64,000 nucleotides of DNA from an uncultured Phycisphaerales bacterium (GCA_963758525.1 CAVWVQ010000003.1:864001-928000); one strand, 5' to 3'. Shown: positions 20,239 through 31,462, counted from the stretch's first letter. Numbers and translations: made by a program. Notes: a model not told the origin generated them from the sequence alone.

Positions 20239-21200
20239 TCAGGGCGCGGGGTGTTCGGGACGGCGGCCTTCCAGTACCTCCATCACGTCTTTCACGACCC
20301 AGCTCATGTTTTGCAGGGCGGTGTGAGTTCGGGCGGCGAGGTGAGGAGTGAGCAGTACGTTGTCGAGGCCCAGAAGGGGAAAGTCGGGGGCGGGAGGCTC
20401 GGGCCAGTAGACGTCTAGGGCGGCGCCGGCAAGCTTGTTGCGCGCAGGGCGCTGGCCAACGCGGGGGCGTCGAGGACTTCGCCGCGGCTGGTGTTGATGA
20501 GGATGGCGGTGGGCTTCATCTGGGCGAGTTCGGCGGCGCCGATGAGGTTTTCGTTGCCGGGCAGCATCGTTACGTGGAGGGTGAGAATGTCGGCCTCGCG
20601 ATAGAGCCGGGGCTTGTCGACGGGAGTCGCGGGAAACGTCAATGCGGAGGCGACATCGAGCAGATCGTTGTAGATGACATTCATGCCGAAGCCGGCGGCG
20701 CCGATTTGGCCGACGCGGCGGCCGACGCGGCCCATGCCGAGGATGCCGAGGGTCAGCTCATTGAGCTGGCGGCCGCGAACGGTGTTGCGGATGCGTTTGA
20801 ATTCCCTGGGGTCATAAACGGTTTCGCGGAAGAAATTCCACGGGCGCAGGAGTTGGAGGATATAGCCGAAGACGAAATCGCCGACGGCAAGCGTGTTGGC
20901 GTCGGGCGTGTAGACCACTTCGATGCCGCGGCGCCGGCACGCGGCGACGTCGATGTTTTCGAGTCCGACGCCGCCGCGTCCGACCACTTTCAGCTTTGGC
21001 GCGCCGTTGAGAAAAGCGTCGGTCACTTTGGTGTAGGTGCGAACAAGCAGCCCCTCGGCCATGGCAAGATGTTGCGGCAGGGAGACGGAGTCGAGCCCGG
21101 CTTCGATGACGTTTGCGCGCTGCCGAAGCCAGTCGAGGGGAACGGGGTCGGAGCCCTCGGTGACGAGGATCGTGGGGCGGTGAGAGGTGTTGGCCGTCAT
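20239..21200 (-). CDS. D-isomer-specific 2-hydroxyacid dehydrogenase (SerA-like; frameshift near 20420)
   Basis: GRGGVGLENID, GILGMGRVG, LINTSRG, then ALDVYWPEP..NVLLTPHLAART in the next frame. Confidence 0.88.
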
Positions 21201-21225
21201 AGGGATGCCGGGGGTGTTGGTGAGG

Positions 21226-21882
21226 TTATTTGGAAAATCCCGCGGCATTGCCGCGGGTGAGTGAGATGCGTCGCGGCTGATGGGCGACGAGCGTGAGCAT
21301 TTGATCGTTGATGATTCGGCCGTAGCGGGTGACGGTCAGTTCATAGGTTCCCGGAAGATGGTATCCGATGGCGGTGTAATTATTGTCGTCGGCCAGGTCC
21401 GCGGCGGTTGAACGCTCGCCATTGCCGGTGATTTGAACGTGCGCACCGGCCATAGACGCGTCTCCCTCGACGATGATGGCGGTCGGAAGAGCGAATGTGG
21501 CATATTGAAAGCTTTGAACGTGAAATTGATCGGCCAACAGCACGCGGCCGTGCAGATCGACCTCGAGCTCATACAGGCCCGGCTGAAGGAGGATGTGGGC
21601 GATGAAGTTATTTTGCTCTGAGAGCGTGGCAGCGGCGACCTCCCGATGACTCGACAGCACCACCACGCGGGCACCGTCAAACGAGGGATCGCCGGCGACC
21701 AGCACGGCTGCATCAGGTTCGATGATCGACTGCGATCGAAAAAACACCAGCGACATCATCCCCAGCACGAGAACGGCGGTGAGACAGATCATCGTGCGGA
21801 CAAACAGAGGGCTGATTCGAGCGCGTGGATCGTCAAGCTGAGAACGTGTCCGGGAGGGCGTTGCGACTTGGGTCTGGTTCAT
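21226..21882 (-). CDS. hypothetical membrane-anchored protein with beta-sandwich repeats
   Basis: Single TM followed by two similar PGxYELxV segments. Confidence 0.65.
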   Translation of the reverse strand: MNQTQVATPSRTRSQLDDPRARISPLFVRTMICLTAVLVLGMMSLVFFRSQSIIEPDAAVLVAGDPSFDGARVVVLSSHREVAAATLSEQNNFIAHILLQPGLYELEVDLHGRVLLADQFHVQSFQYATFALPTAIIVEGDASMAGAHVQITGNGERSTAADLADDNNYTAIGYHLPGTYELTVTRYGRIINDQMLTLVAHQPRRISLTRGNAAGFSK

Positions 21883-22062
21883 CGGTTCTCGAGGCGCGGC
21901 GACGGAACAGCAAGGTACAGCCGAGTTATCGGCACAGGAATGCCACGATGGTCAGATTTGTCTACTGACATTCCGTTTGGATGGCGTACACTCTACGACG
22001 ACCGCCAGTGTATCTCCCCGCGCCTGCGGGAGCGCTGGAATGTTTTAGGACAAGGAGCCTCC

Positions 22063-22566
22063 ATGTTGAAGCCCGTATTTTGCGTTTCGTTGGCGCTTGG
22101 CGCTGCGACGCTGGTTGGATGCAAGGATGACGAGACGAAGACCCCGGCGCCCGCCGCCGTGACGCCCCCGGCGACGATGCCGGCGGCTTCCGATGCAGCG
22201 ACACCGCCTGCAACGCAGCCCACGGCGGAAGTTCCGGCTGTGCCCCCCGCACCGACGGTTCCGGCGGTGACTCCGCCGACCGCTCCGGCAGTTACCCCCC
22301 CTGCTGCTCCCGCAGTTACCGCGCCTGCTGCTCCAGAGGTAACCGCGCCGACTGCTGATGCGGTCGATCCCGAAGCCAAGGGCTTGATGGATCAGGCCGA
22401 GGACGCGATCAAGAACAAGAAGTGGGACGATGCGTCCGCCGCCCTGAAGAAGCTCGAAGCAATGAAGGACAAGCTCCCTCAGAGCTGGCAGGACAAGTTG
22501 AAGAGTCTTGAAACGGCGGTTGACGCCGGCAAGCTCTCCAGCAGCATTCCGGGATTCGGCAAGTAA
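22063..22566 (+). CDS. Pro/Ala-rich lipoprotein
   Basis: AAGGAG RBS, lipobox LVGC, PAVTPP repeats, helical C-terminus. Confidence 0.75.
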   Translation: MLKPVFCVSLALGAATLVGCKDDETKTPAPAAVTPPATMPAASDAATPPATQPTAEVPAVPPAPTVPAVTPPTAPAVTPPAAPAVTAPAAPEVTAPTADAVDPEAKGLMDQAEDAIKNKKWDDASAALKKLEAMKDKLPQSWQDKLKSLETAVDAGKLSSSIPGFGK

Positions 22567-22640
22567 ACCCGATCATCAGTTTGCTGAGTTTGAACTCGAT
22601 CCTCCATGGCTGGGTTGCAGCCATGGAGGATTTTCTATTT

Positions 22641-23246
22641 TTACATCTTCTGTCGGCCGCTGATTGCGTCGGCGAGGATGTTTTTGTTTGCGTATTCGAT
22701 ATTGCCGCCGGTCGGCAGACCGCGTGCGAGACGGGTGACAGAGACGGCGGGAAATTGAGCGTTGATCAGGCTTTGCAGATACAACGCCGTGCCGTCCCCT
22801 TCGAGCGTGGGATTGGTTCCCATGATGACTTCGCGGATTTGCCCGGCGGCCAGACGTTCGGCCAGCCGATCGATGGTGAGATCGGCCGGCTCGACCTGTT
22901 CCAACGGGGAGATTCTCCCGAGCAGGACGTGATAGACCCCGTGATAAAGCCCGGCCGACTCCAGCGCCAGCAAATCCTTCGGCTGTTCCACCACACAGAC
23001 GACCGTCTGATCCCGACGGGGATCCTGGCAGATGGCGCAGGGGTCGTCTTCCGTGAGGTTTGAGCAGATCGAGCAGTTCTTGATGCGGGTTTTGACGTCA
23101 CGAATCGCATCTGCGAGCTTCAATGCATCGGCTGGCTGCTGCTTGAGAAGGTGAAACGCGATCCGCTCGGCAGAGCGCATGCCGATGCCCGGGAGGCGGG
23201 AAAGCTCGGTCATCAGCGTTTGGATGCTCTGGGTGTAGCTTGCCAT
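22641..23246 (-). CDS. recR: recombination mediator RecR
   Basis: LPGIGMRSAERIAFHL, C4 zinc finger, Toprim VCVVE, TNPTLEGDGTA, RLARGLPTGG. Confidence 0.97.
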   Translation of the reverse strand: MASYTQSIQTLMTELSRLPGIGMRSAERIAFHLLKQQPADALKLADAIRDVKTRIKNCSICSNLTEDDPCAICQDPRRDQTVVCVVEQPKDLLALESAGLYHGVYHVLLGRISPLEQVEPADLTIDRLAERLAAGQIREVIMGTNPTLEGDGTALYLQSLINAQFPAVSVTRLARGLPTGGNIEYANKNILADAISGRQKM

Positions 23247-23283
23247 GAGGCGGATTATAGCCGGTGAGGGTTTGGGGGGAGGT

Positions 23284-23331
23284 GTCAGGGGTCAGGGGTC
23301 AGGGTTCAGGGGTCAGGGGGAAGGGTTCAGG
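23284..23331. repeat. heptamer repeat (TCAGGGK)n
   Basis: GTCAGGGGTCAGGGGTCAGGGTTCAGGGGTCAGG. Confidence 0.85.
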
Positions 23332-23467
23332 AAATGCGGGTTTCGGAGCTGCAGTAAATGCTGCATCCGCTCGGATGATTTGAGTATATGACGGTATGCA
23401 GTCGATGCCGCCGACGAGGCCTGCGGGTGGGGCTGGGCACTTCCACTGCGGGGTTCCCCGCAGGAGC

Positions 23468-24496
23468 TCAGCTCGCCCTCACCGCCTGGCGAGCCTTTGC
23501 CTCGGTGAATTCGCCGAGCTGGCGGAATTTTTCGTAGCGGCGCTCCAGCAGGTTCTCGATCTTGCTGAGCTTCAGGTTGCGGAGCGTCTTGGAGACGTGT
23601 TGCCCGAGGCTATGAGCGGCGCTATGAGGATCGCGGTGAGCCCCGCCAAGGGGCTCGGGAACGATGGACTCGATGACGCCAAGCTGGCGAAGATGCTTGC
23701 TGGTGAGGCGGAGACTGTCGGCGAGTTTTGGGGCACTGTCATTGTTCTTAAACAGGATGGCGGAGCAGGCTTCGGGGGAGATCACCGAATACCATGCGAA
23801 TTCCATCATCGCCACGCGGTCGGCGACGCCTATTCCCAGCGCCCCTCCGGAACCTCCTTCGCCGGTGACGATGCTGATAATGGGGGTGCGAAGACGGGAC
23901 ATTTCAAGCAGATTGCGGGCGATGGACTCGGCTTGTCCACGTTCTTCAGCTCCGATGCCGGGATAGGCGCCGGGGGTGTCGATCAGGGTGACGACGGGCA
24001 GGCCGAACTTCTCGGCCAGCTTCATGCAGCGGAGCACTTTGCGGTAGCCTTCTGGATGGGCAAGGCCGAAATAGCAGCGGATCTTCTCCTTGGTATCGCG
24101 GCCTTTGTGATGACCGATGAGCATGACCTTGTGCCCGCCCATGCGAGCCAGCCCGCAGCGGATGGCGGCATCATCGCCAAAACAACGGTCGCCATGGACC
24201 TCGCGGAAATCGCGGCAGCACATTTCGACATAATTGTTGAACAGCGGGCGCTGGGGATGACGCGCGACCTGGACCGTCTCCCAGGCAGTGAGATTTTCAT
24301 AGGTCTTGCGAAGCAACGAGGTGTAATTCGCGCGAAGCTGGCGAAGCTCTTTCGAATAATCGATGCGTTTCTGTGCCTGCAGTGCTTCGAGCTCCTGGAT
24401 CTGCACCTCCAGTTGGACAATGGGTTTTTCAAAGTCGAGCGAGACTCTGGTGGGAGACTTCTCGGATGGTTCCGCAAGGTGAGTCGGCGTAGCCAT
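23468..24496 (-). CDS. accA: acetyl-CoA carboxylase carboxyltransferase alpha subunit
   Basis: LDFEKPI, ARHPQRP, HGDR, PEGYRK, IDTPGAYPGIGAEERGQ, GEGGSGGALG, EPLGGAHRD. Confidence 0.97.
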   Translation of the reverse strand: MATPTHLAEPSEKSPTRVSLDFEKPIVQLEVQIQELEALQAQKRIDYSKELRQLRANYTSLLRKTYENLTAWETVQVARHPQRPLFNNYVEMCCRDFREVHGDRCFGDDAAIRCGLARMGGHKVMLIGHHKGRDTKEKIRCYFGLAHPEGYRKVLRCMKLAEKFGLPVVTLIDTPGAYPGIGAEERGQAESIARNLLEMSRLRTPIISIVTGEGGSGGALGIGVADRVAMMEFAWYSVISPEACSAILFKNNDSAPKLADSLRLTSKHLRQLGVIESIVPEPLGGAHRDPHSAAHSLGQHVSKTLRNLKLSKIENLLERRYEKFRQLGEFTEAKARQAVRAS

Positions 24497-24709
24497 AAGC
24501 GTTTCATTCGACCGGCACCTAGCGCCAGCCGCCTTGAGAGTCACTTTTTGAAATCCCCGTCAAACCTTTATCGGGGGCACATACGATATCAATCGAAGGC
24601 GATACATCAAGATCGGCCTATTCCCCTACCGGGCTCGGCTATACCAGCCGGAGCGGAAATCCCGCCGGGTGGTTCTCGCCATCGGCGTTGCCATTGTTAT
24701 TATCGGACT

Positions 24710-25576
24710 ATGCAGCTGCGGACCGTGAGCATCCTTGGTGTTGGGCTTCTGGGCGGTTCCATCGGCCTGGGCATCAAAAAGCGATTAAAGTCATGCAGAG
24801 TCGTCGGTTATGGCCATCGGAAACCCTCGTTGGAGGCGGCAGTAGCCTGCGGCGCCATTGATGAAGGGTACGATGATCCGGCGCGGGCGGTTCAGGGCGC
24901 CGACCTGGTCATTCTGTGCACGCCGGTCGGGGTGTTCGGGGAGATGTTGCGTTCCATCGCGCCAGTGGTTGCCAACGCTGTTGTGACGGATGTGGGGAGC
25001 ACGAAGCGAACGATCGTCAAGTTGGCTGAAGAGATATTGCCTGTGCCGGGCCGATTCGTCGGGAGTCATCCCATGGCCGGCAGCGAGAAACGTGGTGTGG
25101 AGTTCGCGCGAGGCGATCTGTGCGATAATGCTCTATGCATGCTCACGCCGACGGATCGGACCGATCCGGCCGCACTCTCGGATGTTGAGGCATTTTGGGG
25201 GCTTTTGGGGATGCGGACGCTGCGTCTGACGCCCGAAGATCACGACCAGCGCATGGCCGAGATCAGCCATCTCCCGCACGCGCTGGCGGCAATCATCGTG
25301 CAGTCCGCGGGCGCCAAATCACTGGAACTCGCCGGCAAGGGGTTTCTGGATTTGACTCGAATTGCCGGCGGAGACGGAGGGCTTTGGCACGACATCCTCG
25401 TCGACAATCGCGACAACGTGAGGGAGCATCTTGCGCGTGTGCAAGCGGAACTGGGCCGGTTTGCTGACTTGCTGGGCCCCAGCAAGGGCAATGAGTTACG
25501 CGAATTTCTCGATCAAGCCGCCGACAAACGGGCGCGGCTCGGGACCCGCAAGGGAGTGCAGAGCGGCGATGCATGA
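24710..25576 (+). CDS. tyrA: prephenate/arogenate dehydrogenase
   Basis: GVGLLGGS, TDVGSTK, HPMAGSE, HD...ISHLPH, DLTRIA. Confidence 0.92.
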   Translation: MQLRTVSILGVGLLGGSIGLGIKKRLKSCRVVGYGHRKPSLEAAVACGAIDEGYDDPARAVQGADLVILCTPVGVFGEMLRSIAPVVANAVVTDVGSTKRTIVKLAEEILPVPGRFVGSHPMAGSEKRGVEFARGDLCDNALCMLTPTDRTDPAALSDVEAFWGLLGMRTLRLTPEDHDQRMAEISHLPHALAAIIVQSAGAKSLELAGKGFLDLTRIAGGDGGLWHDILVDNRDNVREHLARVQAELGRFADLLGPSKGNELREFLDQAADKRARLGTRKGVQSGDA

Positions 25577-26037
25577 CGAGAGAGCGGGCTTTGGGAGTCG
25601 TTGCGATGGCGAAAGATGAGGCAACCGATTTTCAGCCGCCGGTAGAGGTTGCTTCGAACCGGCCGGAGCAACGAGGCCAGCACACTTCGGATCATCTTGC
25701 CAACGAGCGCACGTTTCTGGCCTGGATCAGGACGAGCATCTCCGTGATCGGGCTTGGCTTCGTTGTGGCAAAGTTCAGCGTATGGCTTCGAGAACTGTCG
25801 ACCCGCATTGACGCACCGATTCACGCCCGGCATACGGGACTCTCTTTGCCAATCGGTGTGGGAATGATGGTCATGGGCGGACTCTTCGCGATCGCGGCGG
25901 CTTGGCGCTATCGCCGCGTCCGGCAGGTGATCGAGCACGGCGGCACCGCTTCGGACGAGCGAACGGTGGCAGTCGTCACCCTGTTGATCCTGGTGATGGC
26001 CGCGGCGCTGGTGATCTACATGCTGGTCGCTCGATAG
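25573..26037 (+). CDS. DUF202/YidH family membrane protein
   Basis: DHLANERTFLAWIRT plus 3 TMs. Confidence 0.9.
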   Translation: MTRERALGVVAMAKDEATDFQPPVEVASNRPEQRGQHTSDHLANERTFLAWIRTSISVIGLGFVVAKFSVWLRELSTRIDAPIHARHTGLSLPIGVGMMVMGGLFAIAAAWRYRRVRQVIEHGGTASDERTVAVVTLLILVMAAALVIYMLVAR

Positions 26038-26236
26038 GTCGTTATTCGTGCGCGGGCACTTAGGGGAGTCCCCGATTGATCGTTGGTTTGCACGCGGGAA
26101 ACCCGCATCACTTTAGGAGATATCCTGCGGAATTTGGTCCGTCGGAGGCAAATATGAAAGTAGCCCGCACACCCGTCCGATACCGTCTGCGGAGAGGCGT
26201 CTCGAATTGCCGACGGCTCCGTCGACAGAGACATCT

Positions 26237-26307
26237 GGCCGAGTACCCAAGTGGCAAGGGCATGAACCGCAAGTTCGTGTACGTTGGTTCGAATCCAACC
26301 TCGGCCT
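26237..26307 (+). tRNA. tRNA-Cys(GCA) with atypical anticodon loop; CCA not encoded
   Basis: Acceptor GGCCGAG/CTCGGCC, U73, D-arm CCC-AAGTGGCAA-GGG, anticodon arm ATGAA-CCGCAAG-TTCGT, T-arm GTTGG-TTCGAAT-CCAAC. Confidence 0.85.
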
Positions 26308-26538
26308 TCCCTTCAAGATTCCGCGAAAGACAAAAGGGGAGGCAGTGTGACATACGCGGATTTCCCAATCTCCGCCAAAGTGAGCGACCTCGAGCGCTGC
26401 TCCTGCGATCGCTGAAAGCGGGGGCGCTTCCTACAATGTTGCCAAGCGCCGCCGAGCGTGTATTTTATCAGGGCGCAAGCCGATGACGTTTCATGGGGTC
26501 GAACCGGGCAGCAGTCGGCGACGTGCAGCGTCCAAAGA

Positions 26539-28148
26539 ATGGAAAAGCCTCCAGCCTATCTCGAAGACGCGGCACGCCTGGCGGCGCTGCAGCAGGCTTC
26601 GCTGCTGGACACGCCCGCGGCAGAGGCGTTTGACCGTCTGACGCGCATGGCGTCGAAAGTGTTGGGCGTCCCGATCTCAATGGTTTCGCTGATCGATGAT
26701 CGTCGCCAGTTCTTCCAGAGCGCGGTTGGGCTGCAGCAACTGCTGCCCGCGGGCGCGAAACGCCGCTGAGCCATTCGTTCTGCAAGCATGTCGTATTGTC
26801 CGGAGAGCCGTTGATCGTCTCGGACGCCCGGGAGCATCCGCTGCTCAAGCACAACCCCGTGGTTCCCATGGGCGTGGTGGCGTACGCGGGGATTCCGCTG
26901 GTCACATCAGACGGGCTGGTGCTGGGGTCATTCTGCGTCATCGACTCCAAGCCGCATGCCTGGACTGACGAGCAGATTGGAATTCTCCGCGATCTGACAG
27001 CCGCAGCCGTCACCGAAATCGAGCTTCGCCGGACCAACAATGAATTGCATCGGACGAACCGGGCGAAGGACCGCTTCATCGCGATGTTGAGCCATGATCT
27101 TCGTACGCCGCTCTCACCGGCCCTGATAACCGCCGCGGAGCTCTCGCAGGATCCGAACTTGCCGGAACAGTTTCGGGAGGATGTCAAACTCATCCACCGC
27201 AATGTCGAGCTGGAAGTTCGGATGATCGACTCGCTTCTCGACCTGACCACGATTACCAACGGCAAGCTCCGCCTGACGATCGAGGAGATCGACGCGCACG
27301 CTGTCCTTCGTGAATCAGCGGCGATGTGCAGCGCCGAAACGTGGGCGAAATCAATCCACGTGCAGTTGGACTTCAGGGCCATGCGACATGGAATCAAGGG
27401 CGATTCCGCGAAGCTGCAGCAGGCCTTTTGCAATCTCTTGAAGAACGCGATCAAGTTCAGCGGCAACGGGAGCACGATTTCCCTTCGCACGAGAGACGCC
27501 GAATCCTCGATGCTGAAGATCGAGATTTCTGACACGGGCGTCGGTGTCTCGCCGGATCTGCTTCCGCGAATCTTCGACGCCTTCGATCAGGGCGACGGAG
27601 CCACCGGGCAGCGATTCGGCGGCCTGGGGCTTGGGCTGGCAATCTGCAAGGGAGTCATCGAAGCACACGGCGGCATCATCTCCGCATTCAGTGAAGGACG
27701 CGGCAAGGGCACGACGATGACCATCGAACTGCCCTGGGCGACCATTCCGCGGAATCGGGAGCCGGAGCCCGCGGTGGCGGTGGGACGCGCAAAAGCCGCC
27801 ATGAATATTCTGCTGGTTGAGGATCACGAAGATTCGCTGCGCGCCATGGCCCGGCTGTTGAGAAAACTCGACCACCGCGTTGCAACCGCCACCTGTGTCA
27901 GCGAAGCGCTGGCGGCCGCCAAAGCAGAGAATTTCGATCTGGTCATCAGCGACCTGGGGTTGCCCGACGGCACCGGCCTGCAGCTAATGAAGGAACTTCT
28001 GGCGCGACGTCCGATGAAGGGGATCGCTCTCACCGGCTATGGCATGGATGCCGATATTCAGCTCACCAGGGACGCGGGTTTTCAGAAGCATCTGACCAAG
28101 CCGATCAATTTTCATGACCTTGAGAAGGCCATCGGCGAGATGGGATAA
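26539..28148 (+). CDS. GAF-sensor hybrid histidine kinase with receiver domain (frameshift near 26750)
   Basis: GAF (EAFDRLTR, AYAGIPL), H-box LSHDLRTPL, NLLKNAIKF, GGLGLGL, REC ILLVEDH..SDLGLPDG..KP. Confidence 0.9.
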
Positions 28149-28166
28149 TCTGCCCGCGAGCAAAAG

Positions 28167-28652
28167 GTGGGAAATATGACACTCAGGTTGCAGGACGCCA
28201 AAGACTCACGCTTGCCCGTTGAATGCTGCGGTATTCGCTGCTCGGAACAAAACCTCGCCGAGATCGACAGCGGCAGAATCATGGTCATCATTACAAAAGC
28301 AGGCATCCAGCGGATAACGCTACGATACGGGCTCCAGGCGCCCCATCCGATCCGACAGACACTGATCGGCGTAGTCCTGACCGCATTCGGCTATTACCCA
28401 GCTCTGTATTTGCTACGTTGGGTGCAACGTGGCGGTGTCTTGCTGAGCAGTGTGCTTTGGATCGTACCGATTGTCGTAATCGGAATCGCCACGATCTTCG
28501 GCGCCTTTAAGCGCGGACACTTTCTGCACGTCGAAGGACGGCAGGGAGATAAGCGGCTTGCCTTCCGACGCAAACCCGATCCAAGAGAGTTGGAAATTTT
28601 TCTTGCCGCAGTGGAGAGCTCTTACCGCCTCGAGATTTCAAGGGAAGTCTGA
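28167..28652 (+). CDS. hypothetical membrane protein
   Basis: Two hydrophobic segments; start uncertain. Confidence 0.55.
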   Translation: MGNMTLRLQDAKDSRLPVECCGIRCSEQNLAEIDSGRIMVIITKAGIQRITLRYGLQAPHPIRQTLIGVVLTAFGYYPALYLLRWVQRGGVLLSSVLWIVPIVVIGIATIFGAFKRGHFLHVEGRQGDKRLAFRRKPDPRELEIFLAAVESSYRLEISREV

Positions 28653-28737
28653 AAATGGTAGGCCGCTTTCCGCACGGACCCGGGACGACCCGACTCATCA
28701 CGGCGAAGGGCCCGCGAGACAGCCGCAACCGGGCACT

Positions 28738-29658
28738 TCAGGTCTGCGGCGTGGGGCTGAGCTTCGCGGCAAGCCGTGCCGCGTCAGGTACGCGGACTTT
28801 CCAGGCGAGCCGGAACAACTCGAGTGCGCGAATGACCCAATAGCTCACGTCGATCTCCCACCAGCGCAGCCCGTGGCGGGCGCTGGTTGGAAAGGCGTGG
28901 TGATTATTGTGCCAGCCTTCTCCCATTCCGATGATGCCAAAGACGAAGTTGTTGCGGCTTTCATCGTGGCTGTCGAACGGACGGCTGCCCCACAGATGGC
29001 AGATCGAGTTGATGCTCCAGGTGATGTGGTGAAGCAGGAAAACGCGAACCAGGCCGCCCCAGAGGAAGCCGCAGAGAACTCCGGTCCACGAGAGCGTGAT
29101 CACGCCGCCCAGAACGGCGGGGAGGATCAGACCGATGGCGGCCCAGAGAAACCACGTCTTGCTCACGCCGCGGAGCAAGCGGTCTCGGAACAGATCGCCG
29201 ACATAACGGGGCAAATCCGCCGGATCTTTATCGAGCATCCATCCGACATGGGCGTGCCAGAATCCCAGGAGCAGTCCCTTGAGCCCAAAGCCGTGATGGT
29301 GCGGGGAATGCGGGTCCTCGATGTCGTCGCTGTGCTGGTGGTGACGGCGATGCACCGCCACCCATTTGAGCATCGGCCCTTCCAGAGCCATGCTCCCGAG
29401 CACGGCCAGGACAAACTTGACGATCGGAACGGTTTCGAAGGATTTATGCGTAAAGAGCCGATGGAAGCCGACGGTGACACCCAAAGCGGTGGCGATGTAC
29501 ATTCCAAGCATCAGGCCCAAATCAACCCAGCGAAAGCCGCGATCCCAGAGCATGACGATTGCGACAACCAACCCCGCCAGGGGAAGCACCACCGCAGCCA
29601 TCGTCGTCGCCCGAACCAGCAGCGAAGCGGCTTCCCGATGGTGCGAGGAAGCCACCAT
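28738..29658 (-). CDS. acyl-CoA (delta-9 type) fatty acid desaturase
   Basis: His boxes GFHRLFTH, HRRHH, GEGWHNNHHAFP; start uncertain. Confidence 0.93.
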   Translation of the reverse strand: MVASSHHREAASLLVRATTMAAVVLPLAGLVVAIVMLWDRGFRWVDLGLMLGMYIATALGVTVGFHRLFTHKSFETVPIVKFVLAVLGSMALEGPMLKWVAVHRRHHQHSDDIEDPHSPHHHGFGLKGLLLGFWHAHVGWMLDKDPADLPRYVGDLFRDRLLRGVSKTWFLWAAIGLILPAVLGGVITLSWTGVLCGFLWGGLVRVFLLHHITWSINSICHLWGSRPFDSHDESRNNFVFGIIGMGEGWHNNHHAFPTSARHGLRWWEIDVSYWVIRALELFRLAWKVRVPDAARLAAKLSPTPQT

Positions 29659-30144
29659 CGGGGTACAGGGCTCTTCCGACGAGGCGAGCGTCGGTTCACA
29701 AACGGTTGATTGTTCCAAGACTATCCTTCCACGAGCCAGGCACGACGAGCGAAGCCGCGTCGTGCGCATGGCCGGTAAACGTGGCAAGAACGTGACGGTT
29801 TCCTGCTTCGCACATTGATTATACGGTTTCTCGACAATTGGTGTTTGAACTTTCGCAATAAAAATGCGCCGGCGGATTTTCTGTCTATCGGCATGCTGCT
29901 CCAACTGAGGCTGAATCTTTTTTCCCAACGCCCAGGTGCGACATAACCACTGCTCGCAGCAGGGCCGGATGCCGTTCGGCATTCTGTTGCTCCTCGCGAC
30001 TGCCTTTTGATGGCGGCGCGAACCGGTGTTTTCAGTAGATTTGTGTCGATGAAACCCCGCGTGCCCGACCCGCGGCCGCCATGGCGATGGCGGTCTGCAT
30101 CTTGACGTGCCGGATGTCGCTCCAACTTTGAGCGTCTGCCCCAG

Positions 30145-31434
30145 ATGTTCGACGAAAAACAAATCACCACCGGCCGGCGCGGGCACATCCTTTCCAACGC
30201 CGCGGTCTGGTCGCCGGACGGGGAGTGGATCGTCTATGACGTACGCTCCGACCCGCTGGGCACCCGCTTTGACGGCACGCGCATCGAACGCGTCCACGTC
30301 GCGACCGGACGGGTCGAAGTTCTCTACGAATCGAGCAACGGAGCGTGCTGCGGTGTGGCAACCTGCAGCCCGATTGACGAGAAAGTCGCGTTCATCCTCG
30401 GGCCGGAGAAGTCGACGATCGATTGGCAATACTCGGCATGCCATCGACGAGGCGTGATTGTGGATACGCGCGAACCCGGCGTCGCGAGTAATCTCGATGC
30501 GCGCGAGTTGTCACCACCGTTTCTGCCCGGGGCGCTGCGCGGCGGGAGTCATCTGCACTTATTTAGCGCCGACGGGCAGTGGGTGAGCTTCACGTATGAC
30601 GATCACCTCCTGGCGACCGGCGCCGCCGGCAGTGAAGTCAATCAACGCAATATCGGTGTGACCGTGCTCGGGCATCCGGTTCACGCGAGCAGCAGGCACC
30701 CGCGAAATCATGACGGCTGTGGATTCAGCGTGCTGGTGACGCGAACGGCGCCCGAGCCGAAACCGGGCTCGGACGAGATTTCGCGGGCGTCAGAAGAGGC
30801 ATGGATCGGAACCGAGGGATACATCAAGGCGGATGGATCGCGCCAAAGACGAGCCATCGCGTTTCAGGGAGAAGTGGCTTCGCCGGACGGCACGAAAAAC
30901 CTTGAAGCGTTCGTCGCGGATATCCCGGAAGACGTCACAATTCCCGGCGATGGGCCGCTGGAGGGAACAGAAACCCTTCGACCCCGGCCGCCAAAGGGGA
31001 CAGTGCAGCGCCGACTGACGCACACCAGCGACCGCAAATTTCCCGGACTTGCCGGCCCGCGCCACTGGCTGCGGAGCAATCCGCGGGGAACGCAGATCGC
31101 CATGCTGATGCGGGACGAGGCGGGAATCGTGCAACTGTCCTGCGTCTCACCCGCCGGCGGCGTGCCGAGACAGATCACGCGAAATCCAACGAGCGTCACC
31201 TCGGCGTTCACGTGGAACCAAGACGGCAGTCGCATCGCCCACGTGATGGATAACAGCGTGTTTGTGACCGATATCGAGAGCGGCAAGAGCGAACGGCGGA
31301 CGGAACGATCGGATGATGCCCGCGCCCCCCTGCCGCTGGCGTGCGTCTTCTCGCCGGACGGGAGGAGCGTGGCTTACTTACGCAACATTGAACGACAGAA
31401 TCAAATCTGTGTCGCTGGTTTGCAGGACGGATGA
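30145..31434 (+). CDS. DUF3748 (YidR-like) beta-propeller protein
   Basis: EKQIT..GHIL..VWSPDGEWIVYDVR, GALRGGSHLHLFSADG. Confidence 0.85.
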   Translation: MFDEKQITTGRRGHILSNAAVWSPDGEWIVYDVRSDPLGTRFDGTRIERVHVATGRVEVLYESSNGACCGVATCSPIDEKVAFILGPEKSTIDWQYSACHRRGVIVDTREPGVASNLDARELSPPFLPGALRGGSHLHLFSADGQWVSFTYDDHLLATGAAGSEVNQRNIGVTVLGHPVHASSRHPRNHDGCGFSVLVTRTAPEPKPGSDEISRASEEAWIGTEGYIKADGSRQRRAIAFQGEVASPDGTKNLEAFVADIPEDVTIPGDGPLEGTETLRPRPPKGTVQRRLTHTSDRKFPGLAGPRHWLRSNPRGTQIAMLMRDEAGIVQLSCVSPAGGVPRQITRNPTSVTSAFTWNQDGSRIAHVMDNSVFVTDIESGKSERRTERSDDARAPLPLACVFSPDGRSVAYLRNIERQNQICVAGLQDG

Positions 31435-31462
31435 AATAGACGCCAATTGCGCGGCCTTTTCT

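Noticed and set aside
19665..20418. Five overlapping ORFs with PSSLRPFV/RRDEGTKG repeats
   Set aside because: Translation artefacts of the octamer array, which lacks stops in all frames
23396..24709. 726-aa ORF suggesting a long N-terminal extension of TyrA
   Set aside because: The extension is the antisense shadow of accA; TyrA homology starts at ATG 24710
26237..28652. tRNA-anchored genomic island
   Set aside because: No integrase and no duplicated tRNA 3' end found in the window
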